Below are positions 1-9,189 of a stretch of DNA of 49,950 nt, in pieces. Source of the stretch: a virus; UHGV virus genome UHGV-0359583; one strand, given 5' to 3'. Below the pieces are notes generated by a model, which was given only the letters and a program-made list of their open reading frames with translations, was not told the DNA's origin and did no database searches. The first letter of the stretch is position 1; every line of letters begins with the position of its first letter. The translations under genes were made by a program, and so were the position numbers.

Positions 1-521
1 AATGCTAATCTTGATTCGTCTAAATACAATTGAACCCATTCAGGTTTGTTTAGTCGTCTCACAACTGGACCGCTCAAAGCCAACCCACTTTTTGAAATCG
101 TAATACACTCTTTTCCTTCTGCTCCAAATGTTCCTGGTAATAATAAACTTGCTGTATTAATGTTAAATTTCATAAGTTTACTCTCCTCTTTCTTTTGTTT
201 TCTATTAATTTTATTTTCTATTCCGTTAGCCTTTCGCCAATTTTGAAAGGTTGTTGTGCCTAGTCCTAAAGCTTTCTTAATATCTCCTACTTGATAACCT
301 AAATCTAAGAAATGTTGGTACTTCTCTTTTGTTAATTTATCAGGATCTAAACTGGGTAATGGTCGCTTATCCGCTATAAGATCTGACTCTAGTTGCTTAG
401 AGAGCCTCTGGACTTCTTTCACGATTTCTGGATTCTTCATCCAAGATTCGTTTTCACCCGTCAGAAAAAGAATTTTTTGTCGTATTAATCGCTTCTTCTC
501 TCTGAGTAAATTCTTTCCCAT
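1..521 (-). CDS. Hypothetical HTH-containing phage protein, partial (C-terminus lies beyond the left edge)
   Basis: ATG at 521..519 preceded by a GGAGGGGGAG SD. The open frame runs off the window. A predicted HTH reads 'GYQVGDIKKALGLGTTTFQNWRKANG'. There is an in-frame internal GAGGAG-ATG (MKFNINTAS...). Confidence 0.5.
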   Translation of the reverse strand, partial: MGKNLLREKKRLIRQKILFLTGENESWMKNPEIVKEVQRLSKQLESDLIADKRPLPSLDPDKLTKEKYQHFLDLGYQVGDIKKALGLGTTTFQNWRKANGIENKINRKQKKEESKLMKFNINTASLLLPGTFGAEGKECITISKSGLALSGPVVRRLNKPEWVQLYLDESRLA

Positions 522-604
522 TGCTCCCCCTCCAAACTCATAATTTTAAAATTCATAATGAATAACCCATTGAACCAAAAGATACGATTTGCTATTACAA
601 TTTG

Positions 605-925
605 CTACTCTAAAATGGCATAGTCATAACAGCGACCCAATCTATCTTGTTCACCAGTCTCCAAACATTTTCGCAAAGTTTCATTTCCAATTCGACACGC
701 TGAAATTACATCAGCTCTTGTGTTAAATACTTCTGAAGATCCATCTTTGTATATAACAATTAATGGTTTAGCATTGTCTGAAAAATCACCTGAGAATATT
801 TCTCGCCCAATTTCGCACGCCTTTCTCCATGCAAACAAGTCGCCATTATCCTCTGCAATTCTCAGGTAATCAAGTAACGGACCTCTTAAATGTTTTTGTT
901 TTGGTAATGCAATACTCATTTCCAC
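605..925 (-). CDS. Hypothetical protein
   Basis: ORF track; co-oriented in the early operon. Confidence 0.5.
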   Translation of the reverse strand: MEMSIALPKQKHLRGPLLDYLRIAEDNGDLFAWRKACEIGREIFSGDFSDNAKPLIVIYKDGSSEVFNTRADVISACRIGNETLRKCLETGEQDRLGRCYDYAILE

Positions 926-939
926 TCCTCCTAAATCTG

Positions 940-1440
940 TTATTGCCAGTAGTTTTGCTCTAACTTTTCTAAATAATGTGAATAGTATCCATGCTGTCGA
1001 ACCTCAAATTCTTTTAAGTAATCTAATGGAATACTCTTACGTCCTAAGTTTTTTTGCATATTTAAATAATCATCAACATCCACTAAAAATACTTGATGAC
1101 TTTTGTTGAATTGAATTAATAAAAATGCTGTTCCACCGCTTAATTTAAAATCCTTTAAAAAATTTTTTTGGTGATCTTTTAACATTGGTTTATTTCCAAC
1201 ACAAAATGGAAATGCGGTTTTATTTTCAGTAGATTTGCAATCGAAGGCGATTGGCCGCCCCTTCAAATGTCCGATAAAATCGCATCCTGTCTTGTTAGTT
1301 GGAATCACTACAGGTTTTCCACCAACCCTTATAGTTTTAGTTCCATTAGGTATTTTTGCTACTGTGCCTTTTCTGTTACGACAATACCACTCGTTGGTTT
1401 GTTCAATCATTTTTTCAAACTGACTCCACGCTTTCATCAC
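940..1440 (-). CDS. RecU-like Holliday junction resolvase (PD-(D/E)XK)
   Basis: 'CDFIGHLKGRPIAFDCKST' is a D...(D/E)xK motif. It sits in the replication/recombination module next to DnaD. Confidence 0.55.
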   Translation of the reverse strand: MMKAWSQFEKMIEQTNEWYCRNRKGTVAKIPNGTKTIRVGGKPVVIPTNKTGCDFIGHLKGRPIAFDCKSTENKTAFPFCVGNKPMLKDHQKNFLKDFKLSGGTAFLLIQFNKSHQVFLVDVDDYLNMQKNLGRKSIPLDYLKEFEVRQHGYYSHYLEKLEQNYWQ

Positions 1441-1452
1441 AGCACCTCTCTC

Positions 1453-2217
1453 TTAATTTCCCTCTGGATTTAACCAGTTATGCATTGTAACTTTTGGTAT
1501 TGAATCAACAGAAATCTCCTCTTGATCATTTCGCATATTGTATTCACTAATTTTTTTTATAGCTTGATTTTTTGTCTTTATTCCCTTACGTTCCCAGCTT
1601 AACAATATGCGGTCCATATACTTTAGACTGAATGCCTGATTAAGAACTGCCTCTTTAAGGGCTAATTGAATAAGGTCATCTGGATAACCATCTTCTGTTT
1701 GCCACTGTTTAATCATTTCCATTTCGATAGGCGAAAGTGGTCTCCCAAAATTTTGTTCGACAGCAGCGTATATATTTAATTTATTTTTATCTGTTTCTGG
1801 TGAAAAAGAATTATTTGTGTTTATATTTTGTTTATGTTTAATTAATGTGCCACTGTTCGTTGACTGCGTTGTACTCTTTAGTGTCACTTTATCGTTACTC
1901 TGTTGTGTACTCTCTTGCGCACTATTTAACGTATAAAGTACGCATACCTTGTAAGAAGTAGCTTTTCGACCATTACTTTTAAAATCAATCAAGCCTAGTT
2001 GCTTTAACGCGTTTCTATTTTTATTAATTCCTGAGCGTGACAAACCTGACAAAGATTCTAATGTTGCATTAGCTGCTGTAAACCATGTAGCCCATCCTGC
2101 TTTGTTGTTTATGGACATTAATGCACGCCATAAAGCAATCTGACCTGATGAAAGCTTTTGTTTATAAAGCAAATAATCGTCAAACGCAAGAATCTGTTGT
2201 AAATAATTCAATGTCAC
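1453..2217 (-). CDS. DnaD-domain replication initiation / replisome organiser protein
   Basis: The C-terminal region 'IEMEMIKQWQTEDGYPDDLIQLALKEAVLNQAFSLKYMDRILLSWERKG' is typical of the DnaD C-terminal domain. Confidence 0.7.
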   Translation of the reverse strand: MTLNYLQQILAFDDYLLYKQKLSSGQIALWRALMSINNKAGWATWFTAANATLESLSGLSRSGINKNRNALKQLGLIDFKSNGRKATSYKVCVLYTLNSAQESTQQSNDKVTLKSTTQSTNSGTLIKHKQNINTNNSFSPETDKNKLNIYAAVEQNFGRPLSPIEMEMIKQWQTEDGYPDDLIQLALKEAVLNQAFSLKYMDRILLSWERKGIKTKNQAIKKISEYNMRNDQEEISVDSIPKVTMHNWLNPEGN

Positions 2218-2228
2218 ACCTCCACTCT

Positions 2229-2930
2229 CTATGCAATAATTATTTTTTTATTGGTTATTTTTTCTATTTCTTCTTTAAATTTTTCTGGATCACTATTCTT
2301 GTCGCTTAAATGGATGAGATATATTTCTTCTGTTTTTGTTAAATCAGTTGACTGAAAAAACTTTTTGCAGGCATCTATGCTCATATGCGTTCTTAAAATT
2401 CGATCTTGAACACTTTTTGGTAGTTTGCTCTGTCTTACTAACTTGATATCATGATTACACTCAACGAGCCAATGAGTGACGTCTTTAAACGTTGTAGGTA
2501 AATAGTTAGTATCTGTAGCAAATACTATTTTCTTTCCACTAGGTGAAAGAATAAGAAAGCCCAGTGGTTCTCTCGCCCGTGCCTTTTTGTCATCGTGAAT
2601 AGTGGCAAAAGGTTTAACTAACCAATCACCAATTTTCTGTTGCTGGTTAGCTTTTAAAATATGTGACCGTCTATTTATACCTAATCCTTCTAAAGTTCCT
2701 CGTGAGGCCCACACATCAAATCTTCCAGCGAGTAAAATATCATTGATATACTTTGAGTGGTCACCATGTTCATGTGTTACAAGTAAACCTTGAATATTTG
2801 AAAAATTAATACCTTGTTTCATAATATGTTTAGGCTTTAATCCTGCTTCTAACATTAAGGAAGAATTTCCATCTGCAAGCAAATAATTATTACCTGCAGA
2901 TGAAGATCCTTGTATATTAATTTCAATCAT
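2229..2930 (-). CDS. Metallo-beta-lactamase-fold hydrolase (possible nuclease)
   Basis: HxHxDH motif 'LLVTHEHGDHSKY'. Confidence 0.75.
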   Translation of the reverse strand: MIEINIQGSSSAGNNYLLADGNSSLMLEAGLKPKHIMKQGINFSNIQGLLVTHEHGDHSKYINDILLAGRFDVWASRGTLEGLGINRRSHILKANQQQKIGDWLVKPFATIHDDKKARAREPLGFLILSPSGKKIVFATDTNYLPTTFKDVTHWLVECNHDIKLVRQSKLPKSVQDRILRTHMSIDACKKFFQSTDLTKTEEIYLIHLSDKNSDPEKFKEEIEKITNKKIIIA

Positions 2931-4102
2931 TAAAAGCCACGTCCATCTGTGTCAGATGTAATATTTGTAGTTAGATCATCGAAAAATGCTGTTTGTGTTG
3001 GTTCGTTATCTTTCTCATGACTAGTGACAGGCTCTTTTGCTAATTCTTCTGGAACGATGATAGTTGTATCTGCTGTAGTTTCTTTATCGTGTTTCATAGT
3101 TTCTTGTGTAGCTTCGGACGGTTCTTCATCAAAATCGAATACCTCTTGTGCTGTTTGTTCTGTGACGTCTTTTCTAACTGATTTAACTACTTCGTCGTCT
3201 TGCGACTGATATTGCATAGCGACATAAGCATTCTCGAAGTTTTTAGGAATTTTCTTAACAATGTTGTTTCTCATTTTACGAACAATCATGGATTCTCTAC
3301 TTTGTGGAGATTTCCATGCGGGACTAATGTATGATTGATATTCTTGACTGTCTAAGATGTCATCTAAAGACATTGTTTTCAAATTGTTCATGATTTCTTG
3401 CTTTTTATTATCAATTTCCTGCTTTTGCTGATAACTTGCGTCTTTTTTCTTTTTAGCTATACCAAAAGTTTCATTCATAAGGTTCTGGTTTATATGAGCA
3501 ATTAAATTTTTAACAACATCCTCTCGTTCTGCAATGTGATACTCGATTGTACCGTCAGACATTTCAATAGGATAAACAACTCTAACTACTTTTCCTTTAC
3601 CAGTTGGCCCCCATTCTGGATCTGTCACTGATAATCCTTTATAACCTGGGTACGAAAAATGGTCTTCTTCTCTCACTTCCCAATGACGATGAACATGTTT
3701 TACGTTCCGTCCAAATTTTGAAAGGATAGCATCGTTTCCATCTCCTTCAATACCCATTTCAATTACTTTCACCCAATTATCTGATTGACCAAACTGTTTC
3801 CTATTAACATTTCTAGTCTGAAAATAGACTTCACGAGGAATAGCTGAAGCATTGACTTGTAATGCTGCAATTGTCATTAATGTTTCTGTCATATTTGTTG
3901 AATCTACATCATTAATTGACAAGTTTGAGTTTGTTAGCATTGTATTAATTCCTTGTATAGCGCTTATTACACATTGCTTTTGATATTCAGTCATATTTAT
4001 TCCATTACTCAATAGCTGTGATTCTACTTGTGGCATAAAGGTATCGTTAATTTTAGTTAATCTATTTCCGTAAATCTTATTTTCTGCAAGTTCATGTGTC
4101 AT
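2930..4102 (-). CDS. Hypothetical protein with an acidic C-terminal tail; possible recombination partner of the upstream ATPase
   Basis: No recognisable motif. The acidic tail reads '...FFDDLTTNITSDTDGRGF'. It lies in the recombination module. Confidence 0.4.
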   Translation of the reverse strand: MTHELAENKIYGNRLTKINDTFMPQVESQLLSNGINMTEYQKQCVISAIQGINTMLTNSNLSINDVDSTNMTETLMTIAALQVNASAIPREVYFQTRNVNRKQFGQSDNWVKVIEMGIEGDGNDAILSKFGRNVKHVHRHWEVREEDHFSYPGYKGLSVTDPEWGPTGKGKVVRVVYPIEMSDGTIEYHIAEREDVVKNLIAHINQNLMNETFGIAKKKKDASYQQKQEIDNKKQEIMNNLKTMSLDDILDSQEYQSYISPAWKSPQSRESMIVRKMRNNIVKKIPKNFENAYVAMQYQSQDDEVVKSVRKDVTEQTAQEVFDFDEEPSEATQETMKHDKETTADTTIIVPEELAKEPVTSHEKDNEPTQTAFFDDLTTNITSDTDGRGF

Positions 4103-6241
4103 CTATTTCCCCTCCGTTTTGTGATCTTGGATTCGTAAAGTTTTATCATCTTCATTTACATACATAGCAATAACTTGAGTGTCTACTTGAACAGAGTCTC
4201 TATTGTGATTAGTCAAACCTTCAGCGTTATCGATAAAAATTGGAACGATATAGCCTTCCTGTTTCATTAGAGTGTTGGATACGTCTAATCCAGCTTGCAT
4301 CCTGCTTCCGTTATTTAGAGAACTGAACGGTACCCCGTCAATCATCGGCTCACATACTGCTTCATTTAGTCCTCCATCTTCAAAGAAATCGAACAATTTC
4401 CATTTAACAACTGAGAAATGACTATTTATAATTTCTTGCAGCATGTTTTGTTTTGTTATAAAGAATTCTTCAAATAGTACTAATTTTTGTAATACTTCGC
4501 CTTTCTTATGAGATAATTGGCGCTCTTGTTCATTGAAATCTTCAATAATCAATAACTGCCTTTCATACTCTTTTAGCAAGGCTAATTTTTCATCAATCAT
4601 TGCGATTTCTTTATCTATTTCTGTAATCTCACTTGTTTTAGCGGAAGTTTGTTCTAGAATAGCTTTGTTACTTTGAGTAATGTACTCTTGCAATTTTTTT
4701 ATTTCTTTAGTTATAGTTGAATATTTTTCAGTTGCTTCAAATGGTATTTTGTCTAATTTTAATGAGGAAATCTGCTGCTCTACATCAGCTAAGTTTTCCT
4801 TCACATCTTCCAAGTGTTTTTTAGCAATGTTATATGCTTCTGTTTTAATCAATAGTTGTTCTTTTAACTCGCCGATTTCTTTTTTTAGGGCTTCGCGATC
4901 TTTGTTATTTTTAATACCTTTTTCTCGAATTTCAGAGAGCTTGATTTGCTTATCCGCTTCAAACTGGGCTTTTATTTCTTTATTTGTTGACTCAATTTCT
5001 TCTGCACGTTTTTGTTCTTCTTCCTCATGATGTCGTTTCATTTCATCTTGATCCTTGACATCATATGGACGATTACAGTGCTGACAAATTAAAAGATTTT
5101 CATTAAATGATAATTTGGTATAAACTAGACCGCCTGTAAATTCTTCAGCTTCTACTTCATCATATTTGTCGTACAATTCTTCATGCTTTTTATTTAATGC
5201 AATCAGTTCATTATCTTTTATAGAAACCAAACGTTCTGTTACATTAAGACTTGATTCTTCATCTGCATACGTCTTCTGGGCTTTATTGAGATCAGCAAAG
5301 AGTTTTGATTTACCTTGCTCAATGCCATTAATGCGAGCATTCTGTGCATTATCATGCTTCAATTTAGCAGCAGTTAATTCTTCTTGTTTTGTATTAAGAC
5401 TTGCAATTAATTCTGAAATATTACCACCATTTCTAATAGTAACGAGCTGGTTTTCGATGTCATTTTTCTTTAATGTCAACTCGTTACGAGTGGTTAATAG
5501 TTGCTCTTTGTTGATATTTTTAATATCTGGCAATGCTGCTTGAATACCTTCGATTTTTACAGGAATATTTTTCAGCGTTTCGTTGATTCGCTTTTGGTCT
5601 TGAAGCACACGATCACGAGCTGTTTTAATGTCATCATTGCCAATAATTTCTTTTAATTGTTGAATTGATGGTGTTTCGTTGATAATCTCTTCATCTGTCT
5701 TGCTGCCAAAGTATTCAAAAAGCTTTTGACGTCGTTCATCTGCCACTAACTGCTCACAAAAATAAGTCACACTAGTCAGATTCTTAAATGTGTCTTGATC
5801 TAATACTTTTTCTACTTCATCGTCAAATGCTTTCTTTGTGGTGGTCTCTAATCCGTCTACGAGGTATTTTGTAAACATCTCATAAGACTTGTGTTCCGAA
5901 TTTCGTTTGATGACTTCTTTGTCTCCTCGGACCTTTTCAAACTCCTTTGCCTGACCATTGATAGCTAAAACGACAGTTACTGATGTCTGTTTACCGCGAA
6001 TCGGCTCGCTATTTTCATCAAGTGGTCTCCACTGGATTTTAGTTCGTTCTTTTGAATCTTTGTTGAACAAGCACCAGAGAAAAGCATCATAGATAGTTGT
6101 TTTGCCTGCATCGTTGTCTCCAAAAACATCAATACTTTTACCATTTGGTTCAATCATCAGGTCCGATATACCTTTAAAATTATGAATACGGATTGACTCC
6201 AAGCTAATGTTTTTCATACAATTAATCTCCTTCAATTTCAA
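4103..6241 (-). CDS. SbcC/Rad50-like SMC-family ATPase
   Basis: N-terminal Walker A 'GDNDAGKTT'. A long coiled coil with a central CxxC 'CQHCNRPY' (zinc-hook-like). C-terminal 'IVPIFIDNAEG' resembles Walker B. Confidence 0.6.
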   Translation of the reverse strand: MKLKEINCMKNISLESIRIHNFKGISDLMIEPNGKSIDVFGDNDAGKTTIYDAFLWCLFNKDSKERTKIQWRPLDENSEPIRGKQTSVTVVLAINGQAKEFEKVRGDKEVIKRNSEHKSYEMFTKYLVDGLETTTKKAFDDEVEKVLDQDTFKNLTSVTYFCEQLVADERRQKLFEYFGSKTDEEIINETPSIQQLKEIIGNDDIKTARDRVLQDQKRINETLKNIPVKIEGIQAALPDIKNINKEQLLTTRNELTLKKNDIENQLVTIRNGGNISELIASLNTKQEELTAAKLKHDNAQNARINGIEQGKSKLFADLNKAQKTYADEESSLNVTERLVSIKDNELIALNKKHEELYDKYDEVEAEEFTGGLVYTKLSFNENLLICQHCNRPYDVKDQDEMKRHHEEEEQKRAEEIESTNKEIKAQFEADKQIKLSEIREKGIKNNKDREALKKEIGELKEQLLIKTEAYNIAKKHLEDVKENLADVEQQISSLKLDKIPFEATEKYSTITKEIKKLQEYITQSNKAILEQTSAKTSEITEIDKEIAMIDEKLALLKEYERQLLIIEDFNEQERQLSHKKGEVLQKLVLFEEFFITKQNMLQEIINSHFSVVKWKLFDFFEDGGLNEAVCEPMIDGVPFSSLNNGSRMQAGLDVSNTLMKQEGYIVPIFIDNAEGLTNHNRDSVQVDTQVIAMYVNEDDKTLRIQDHKTEGK

Positions 6242-6512
6242 TATTGTCTTCTAAGATTGCTCGTATAACTGTTTCTTTGCGTTTGTTACAAATTTCAGTA
6301 GCAACATCATACCAAGCACTACTATGATTTTGATTCAGCTCTGTTGTTAAATCATATCTATAACTTTTACTAATTATTGGATCGACTAACCAATCCATAC
6401 GTGCAATTAACGCTGTAGTGTATAATTCTCGTTCTGCGCAATTTTCAGTTGCGTTTTTAAACCATTCTTCAAACCGTTTTGACATGGTTAATTTATTTGA
6501 CTCATTATCCAT
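6222..6512 (-). CDS. Hypothetical protein
   Basis: ORF track; 20-nt overlap with the upstream gene. Confidence 0.45.
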   Translation of the reverse strand: MDNESNKLTMSKRFEEWFKNATENCAERELYTTALIARMDWLVDPIISKSYRYDLTTELNQNHSSAWYDVATEICNKRKETVIRAILEDNIEIEGD

Positions 6513-6567
6513 TTCATTTCCTCCAGTTTTTATGTTATAATTCTCGTGTATAATTTTTGTATGGGAC

Positions 6568-6798
6568 TTAATCGTTTGTGGACGAATGAGTCCCTTTTTT
6601 TGTGTAAGCTAAATATTTTGCATTGTCGTATTTCGCATCATCGTATTTCATGAACCAAACGACTGAAATTGGTCCAATAATTAAAGATAGATAACTAGCT
6701 GGTACACTATTTTTAATTATCAATCCTAAAATAAATACAACAATAAACGCTCCTGAAATTCTAACTTCATACAAACTTTTTAGTTTTCTACGTTTCAT
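6568..6798 (-). CDS. Small membrane protein
   Basis: Hydrophobic segment 'GAFIVVFILGLII...SLIIGPISVVWF'. Confidence 0.45.
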   Translation of the reverse strand: MKRRKLKSLYEVRISGAFIVVFILGLIIKNSVPASYLSLIIGPISVVWFMKYDDAKYDNAKYLAYTKKGTHSSTND

Positions 6799-6996
6799 TT
6801 ATTTCCCTCCTATATTTGTCCAAAGAACTCTGATTACCATTGCTACAAGTGCAATCATAGTTGCTGTAAAAAACTCTAAGCGGCTTAAGCACATAACAAA
6901 TACAAACAATAAAATTCCTAGTGTAATTAACAACATTGCTTTAATAACAAATTCTTTGTTGTTCATTGAAATCCTCCTATATAAAGTTTCTTTCAT
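6799..6996 (-). CDS. Small membrane protein
   Basis: Two hydrophobic helices. Confidence 0.45.
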   Translation of the reverse strand: MKETLYRRISMNNKEFVIKAMLLITLGILLFVFVMCLSRLEFFTATMIALVAMVIRVLWTNIGGK

Positions 6997-7207
6997 ACCA
7001 TTCCTCTAAATCATCGACTTCTATTCTTACCAATCCACCATTTCTTTTAGCAGGTAATGGATCAATTTCTCGTTTCATCCATCTTGTAACAGTAGCAGCT
7101 GAAACATTTTTTCTTTTTGCTACTTCTATTGCTTTCAAAGGTGGAATTTTCTTTGAATTAACTTTTCGATCTTTTTTTGATTTAAAATCAATAACTTCTA
7201 GTGCCAT
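6977..7207 (-). CDS. Excisionase-like / HTH DNA-binding protein
   Basis: 'KRKNVSAATVTRWMKREIDPLP' looks like an Xis/MerR-type HTH. It lies in the early region downstream of cro. Confidence 0.5.
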   Translation of the reverse strand: MALEVIDFKSKKDRKVNSKKIPPLKAIEVAKRKNVSAATVTRWMKREIDPLPAKRNGGLVRIEVDDLEEWYERNFI

Positions 7208-7748
7208 TTGTATTCTCCTTCCTCATGTATCCTAATTGTTCCCAATATGGAAAGCGTTGCTCACTTAAATAACGAATATCGATTGAAGCAAGATCACACA
7301 AGCTACTAAGTAGTGTGATTTCAACAATTACTTCATCTAAATATTCATTTGCGTATGCAACTATTTTAGAAATATCTTGTTCAGATAAATATTCAGGATT
7401 TTTCAAAATAATTCTTTCGATGTCATGCTTCAATGCTTTTCTCTCATTAGATTCAATTTTCTGTAATCGGTCCAATGATGAAGGATCTTTTCGATAAACA
7501 TCTCCATCGCAAGTTTTAAACATTCCAAAAAACTGATGAATAACTTCCATTGTGAAAGTCGAATCTCTAAAGTGATCACTAAGCCTTAGAGCATTTTCAA
7601 TCGTTACTGGTTTAACATTATTCTGAGAAGTCCAATCACTCAATGATTGTTGAGATGTACTGATTTCACGTGCCACATCTTTCTTCTTTTCATTTTTCTT
7701 ATTAAGAACTTCGATTAACGACTTTCTTAATATTACTGACATTGACAT
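7188..7748 (-). CDS. HTH-domain regulatory protein (possible antirepressor or early regulator)
   Basis: N-terminal 'DVAREISTSQQSLSDWTSQNN' looks like an HTH. Confidence 0.4.
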   Translation of the reverse strand: MSMSVILRKSLIEVLNKKNEKKKDVAREISTSQQSLSDWTSQNNVKPVTIENALRLSDHFRDSTFTMEVIHQFFGMFKTCDGDVYRKDPSSLDRLQKIESNERKALKHDIERIILKNPEYLSEQDISKIVAYANEYLDEVIVEITLLSSLCDLASIDIRYLSEQRFPYWEQLGYMRKENTNGTRSY

Positions 7749-7810
7749 TTACTTTTACTTCTTCCTTTCTTAATTAACCATCTTTTTATATGATGTATTT
7801 TTTTATACAA

Positions 7811-7957
7811 TTAGATTAGATCCAATTGATAGTTCAACTTATCCTGTGCTTGTTCATACAGACGAATTAACTGGTCATCTGTTGCTAGTTCAACAATAAG
7901 CTTTACGTTTGGCATGATTTCCAAAATGAAATCAATCATTTTTTGTTTTTCTGGCAT
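7811..7957 (-). CDS. Small ORF (48 aa) with a strong SD; absent from the ORF track because it is under 60 aa
   Basis: AGGAGGTGAAAAT-ATG, then MPEKQKMIDFILEIMPNVKLIVELATDDQLIRLYEQAQDKLNYQLDLI. Confidence 0.45.
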   Translation of the reverse strand: MPEKQKMIDFILEIMPNVKLIVELATDDQLIRLYEQAQDKLNYQLDLI

Positions 7958-8002
7958 ATTTTCACCTCCTATCCAAATATAAAGAGTCATAACGAGTCAT
8001 AG

Positions 8003-8188
8003 TTACTCAAAAAAAATTGTCCAATCAAAATCTAAGATTGATGCGATTCGCATAGCACTTTCCACAGACGGCCTTCTTCTTCCCTGTTCAATAGATGCAT
8101 ACGTGGTTCTTGAAATTTCCGCTTTAACGGCAACCTCTTCTTGAGTCATTTTATTTTTTATACGCAATTTCAATAGCCAATCTCTCAT
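8003..8188 (-). CDS. Cro-like XRE-family HTH regulator. The start is reassigned to an internal ATG; the ORF track gives 8003..8257.
   Basis: The GGGGGA SD lies 6 nt before ATG(8188). HTH 'MTQEEVAVKAEISRTTYASIEQGRR'. A sigma70-like promoter sits upstream (-35 TTGACA at 8254..8249, -10 TATTAT at 8231..8226). Confidence 0.7.
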   Translation of the reverse strand: MRDWLLKLRIKNKMTQEEVAVKAEISRTTYASIEQGRRRPSVESAMRIASILDFDWTIFFE

Positions 8189-8353
8189 TTTGTGTCCCCC
8201 TTTATGTGTCGTATTGCGTACTTTTATAATACTACGCATTCTGACACATGTCAACAATTAATTACTCTTTTTGACACATTTAATATATTTAACTTCAAAC
8301 TACGCAGATTGCGTAGTATTATATGTACATAACGAATCGTAGGAGGTAACATT
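8189..8353. promoter_or_regulatory. Divergent genetic-switch region with TACGCA/TGCGTA operator half-sites
   Basis: The plus promoter has -35 TTCAAA at 8294-8299 and -10 TATTAT at 8317-8322. Its 17-nt spacer is the perfect palindrome CTACGCA-gat-TGCGTAG (8300-8316). The minus promoter's spacer contains CTACGCA (8232-8238). A further TGCGTA lies at 8215-8220. Confidence 0.55.
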
Positions 8354-8677
8354 ATGTTCGGTACACGTTTAACAGAATTAAGGAAACAAAAAAAATTAAC
8401 ACAAACTGATGTTGCAAATGCACTTGGTGTAGCTAGAACGACTTACTCTTCCTATGAACAAGGAAGAAGAACTCCAGATATAGATATCCAAAATAAGATT
8501 GCTGACTATTTCAATGTAAGTTTAGATTATTTACATGGGAGAGAAAGTTTTGAAGATACTTCCTTATCAAAAAAACAATTAACCGTCGCTGCTCATATAG
8601 ACGATGACGTTTCAGATACAGAAATGAATGAGATTCTCTCTTTCATTGATTATATTAAGAAACGCGATCACAAATAA
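8354..8677 (+). CDS. XRE-family phage repressor (ImmR/CI-like)
   Basis: AGGAGG SD. HTH 'LTQTDVANALGVARTTYSSYEQGRR'. It is followed by an ImmA-like gene. Confidence 0.75.
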   Translation: MFGTRLTELRKQKKLTQTDVANALGVARTTYSSYEQGRRTPDIDIQNKIADYFNVSLDYLHGRESFEDTSLSKKQLTVAAHIDDDVSDTEMNEILSFIDYIKKRDHK

Positions 8678-8697
8678 TTAAAGTAGTAGGTGTTTGA

Positions 8698-9162
8698 ATG
8701 GTAACTTCAGAAGAACTGATGGCTCGCTTTTCAGATTTAACGTATAAGTTTGAACCAAACATGCCAGAAAAGCAAAAAGGATTGTATATTAACAATGTTG
8801 TGTATTTAAATCCTCAACAACATCCTAGAGAATTAACTAGTACAGTTGCAGAGGAAATTGGGCATCACCTCACATCGGTTGGTGATATAATAGATCAAGA
8901 TACAAACGAAAAAAGAAAACAAGAACAAAAGGCTCGTGATATCGGAGCAACAATGGTTGTGACACCTCAAGATTTGATTAACTGCTATCATGAACGTTTT
9001 ACATATGTTTGGGAATGCGCCGATTTCCTAGGCATTACAAAACAAGCCTTGGAATGTGCTTTAGCTGCCTATTCCAAACAGTTTCCCGAAGGTCTTGTAT
9101 ACGGCGATTATAAATTGTTTTTTAAACCTAACGGTACATTGGGGATTGTTAAATGGTTTTAA
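8698..9162 (+). CDS. ImmA/IrrE-family (DUF955-like) metallopeptidase-like anti-repressor
   Basis: Size and position downstream of the XRE repressor. The degenerate zinc motif 'EEIGHH' replaces HEXXH. Confidence 0.5.
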   Translation: MVTSEELMARFSDLTYKFEPNMPEKQKGLYINNVVYLNPQQHPRELTSTVAEEIGHHLTSVGDIIDQDTNEKRKQEQKARDIGATMVVTPQDLINCYHERFTYVWECADFLGITKQALECALAAYSKQFPEGLVYGDYKLFFKPNGTLGIVKWF

Positions 9163-9189
9163 ATAATAATCTAGATAAGGAGATTTAAA

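Noticed and set aside
46-246. Plus-strand 66-aa ORF at the left edge
   Set aside because: It is fully overlapped by a minus-strand open frame that runs to the window edge. That frame has a strong SD and ATG (521) and plausible protein features.
4103-6241. The 712-aa ATPase as a defence-type ATPase (OLD/Gabija/Lamassu-like)
   Set aside because: The central CxxC zinc-hook-like motif in a long coiled coil, and placement inside the DnaD/RecU replication-recombination module, fit an SbcC/Rad50-like recombination function better.
8189-8257. N-terminal extension of the cro-like ORF (track start at 8257)
   Set aside because: An internal ATG at 8188 has a GGGGGA SD, and a sigma70-like promoter lies within the putative extension. 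The extension would also overlap the operators.
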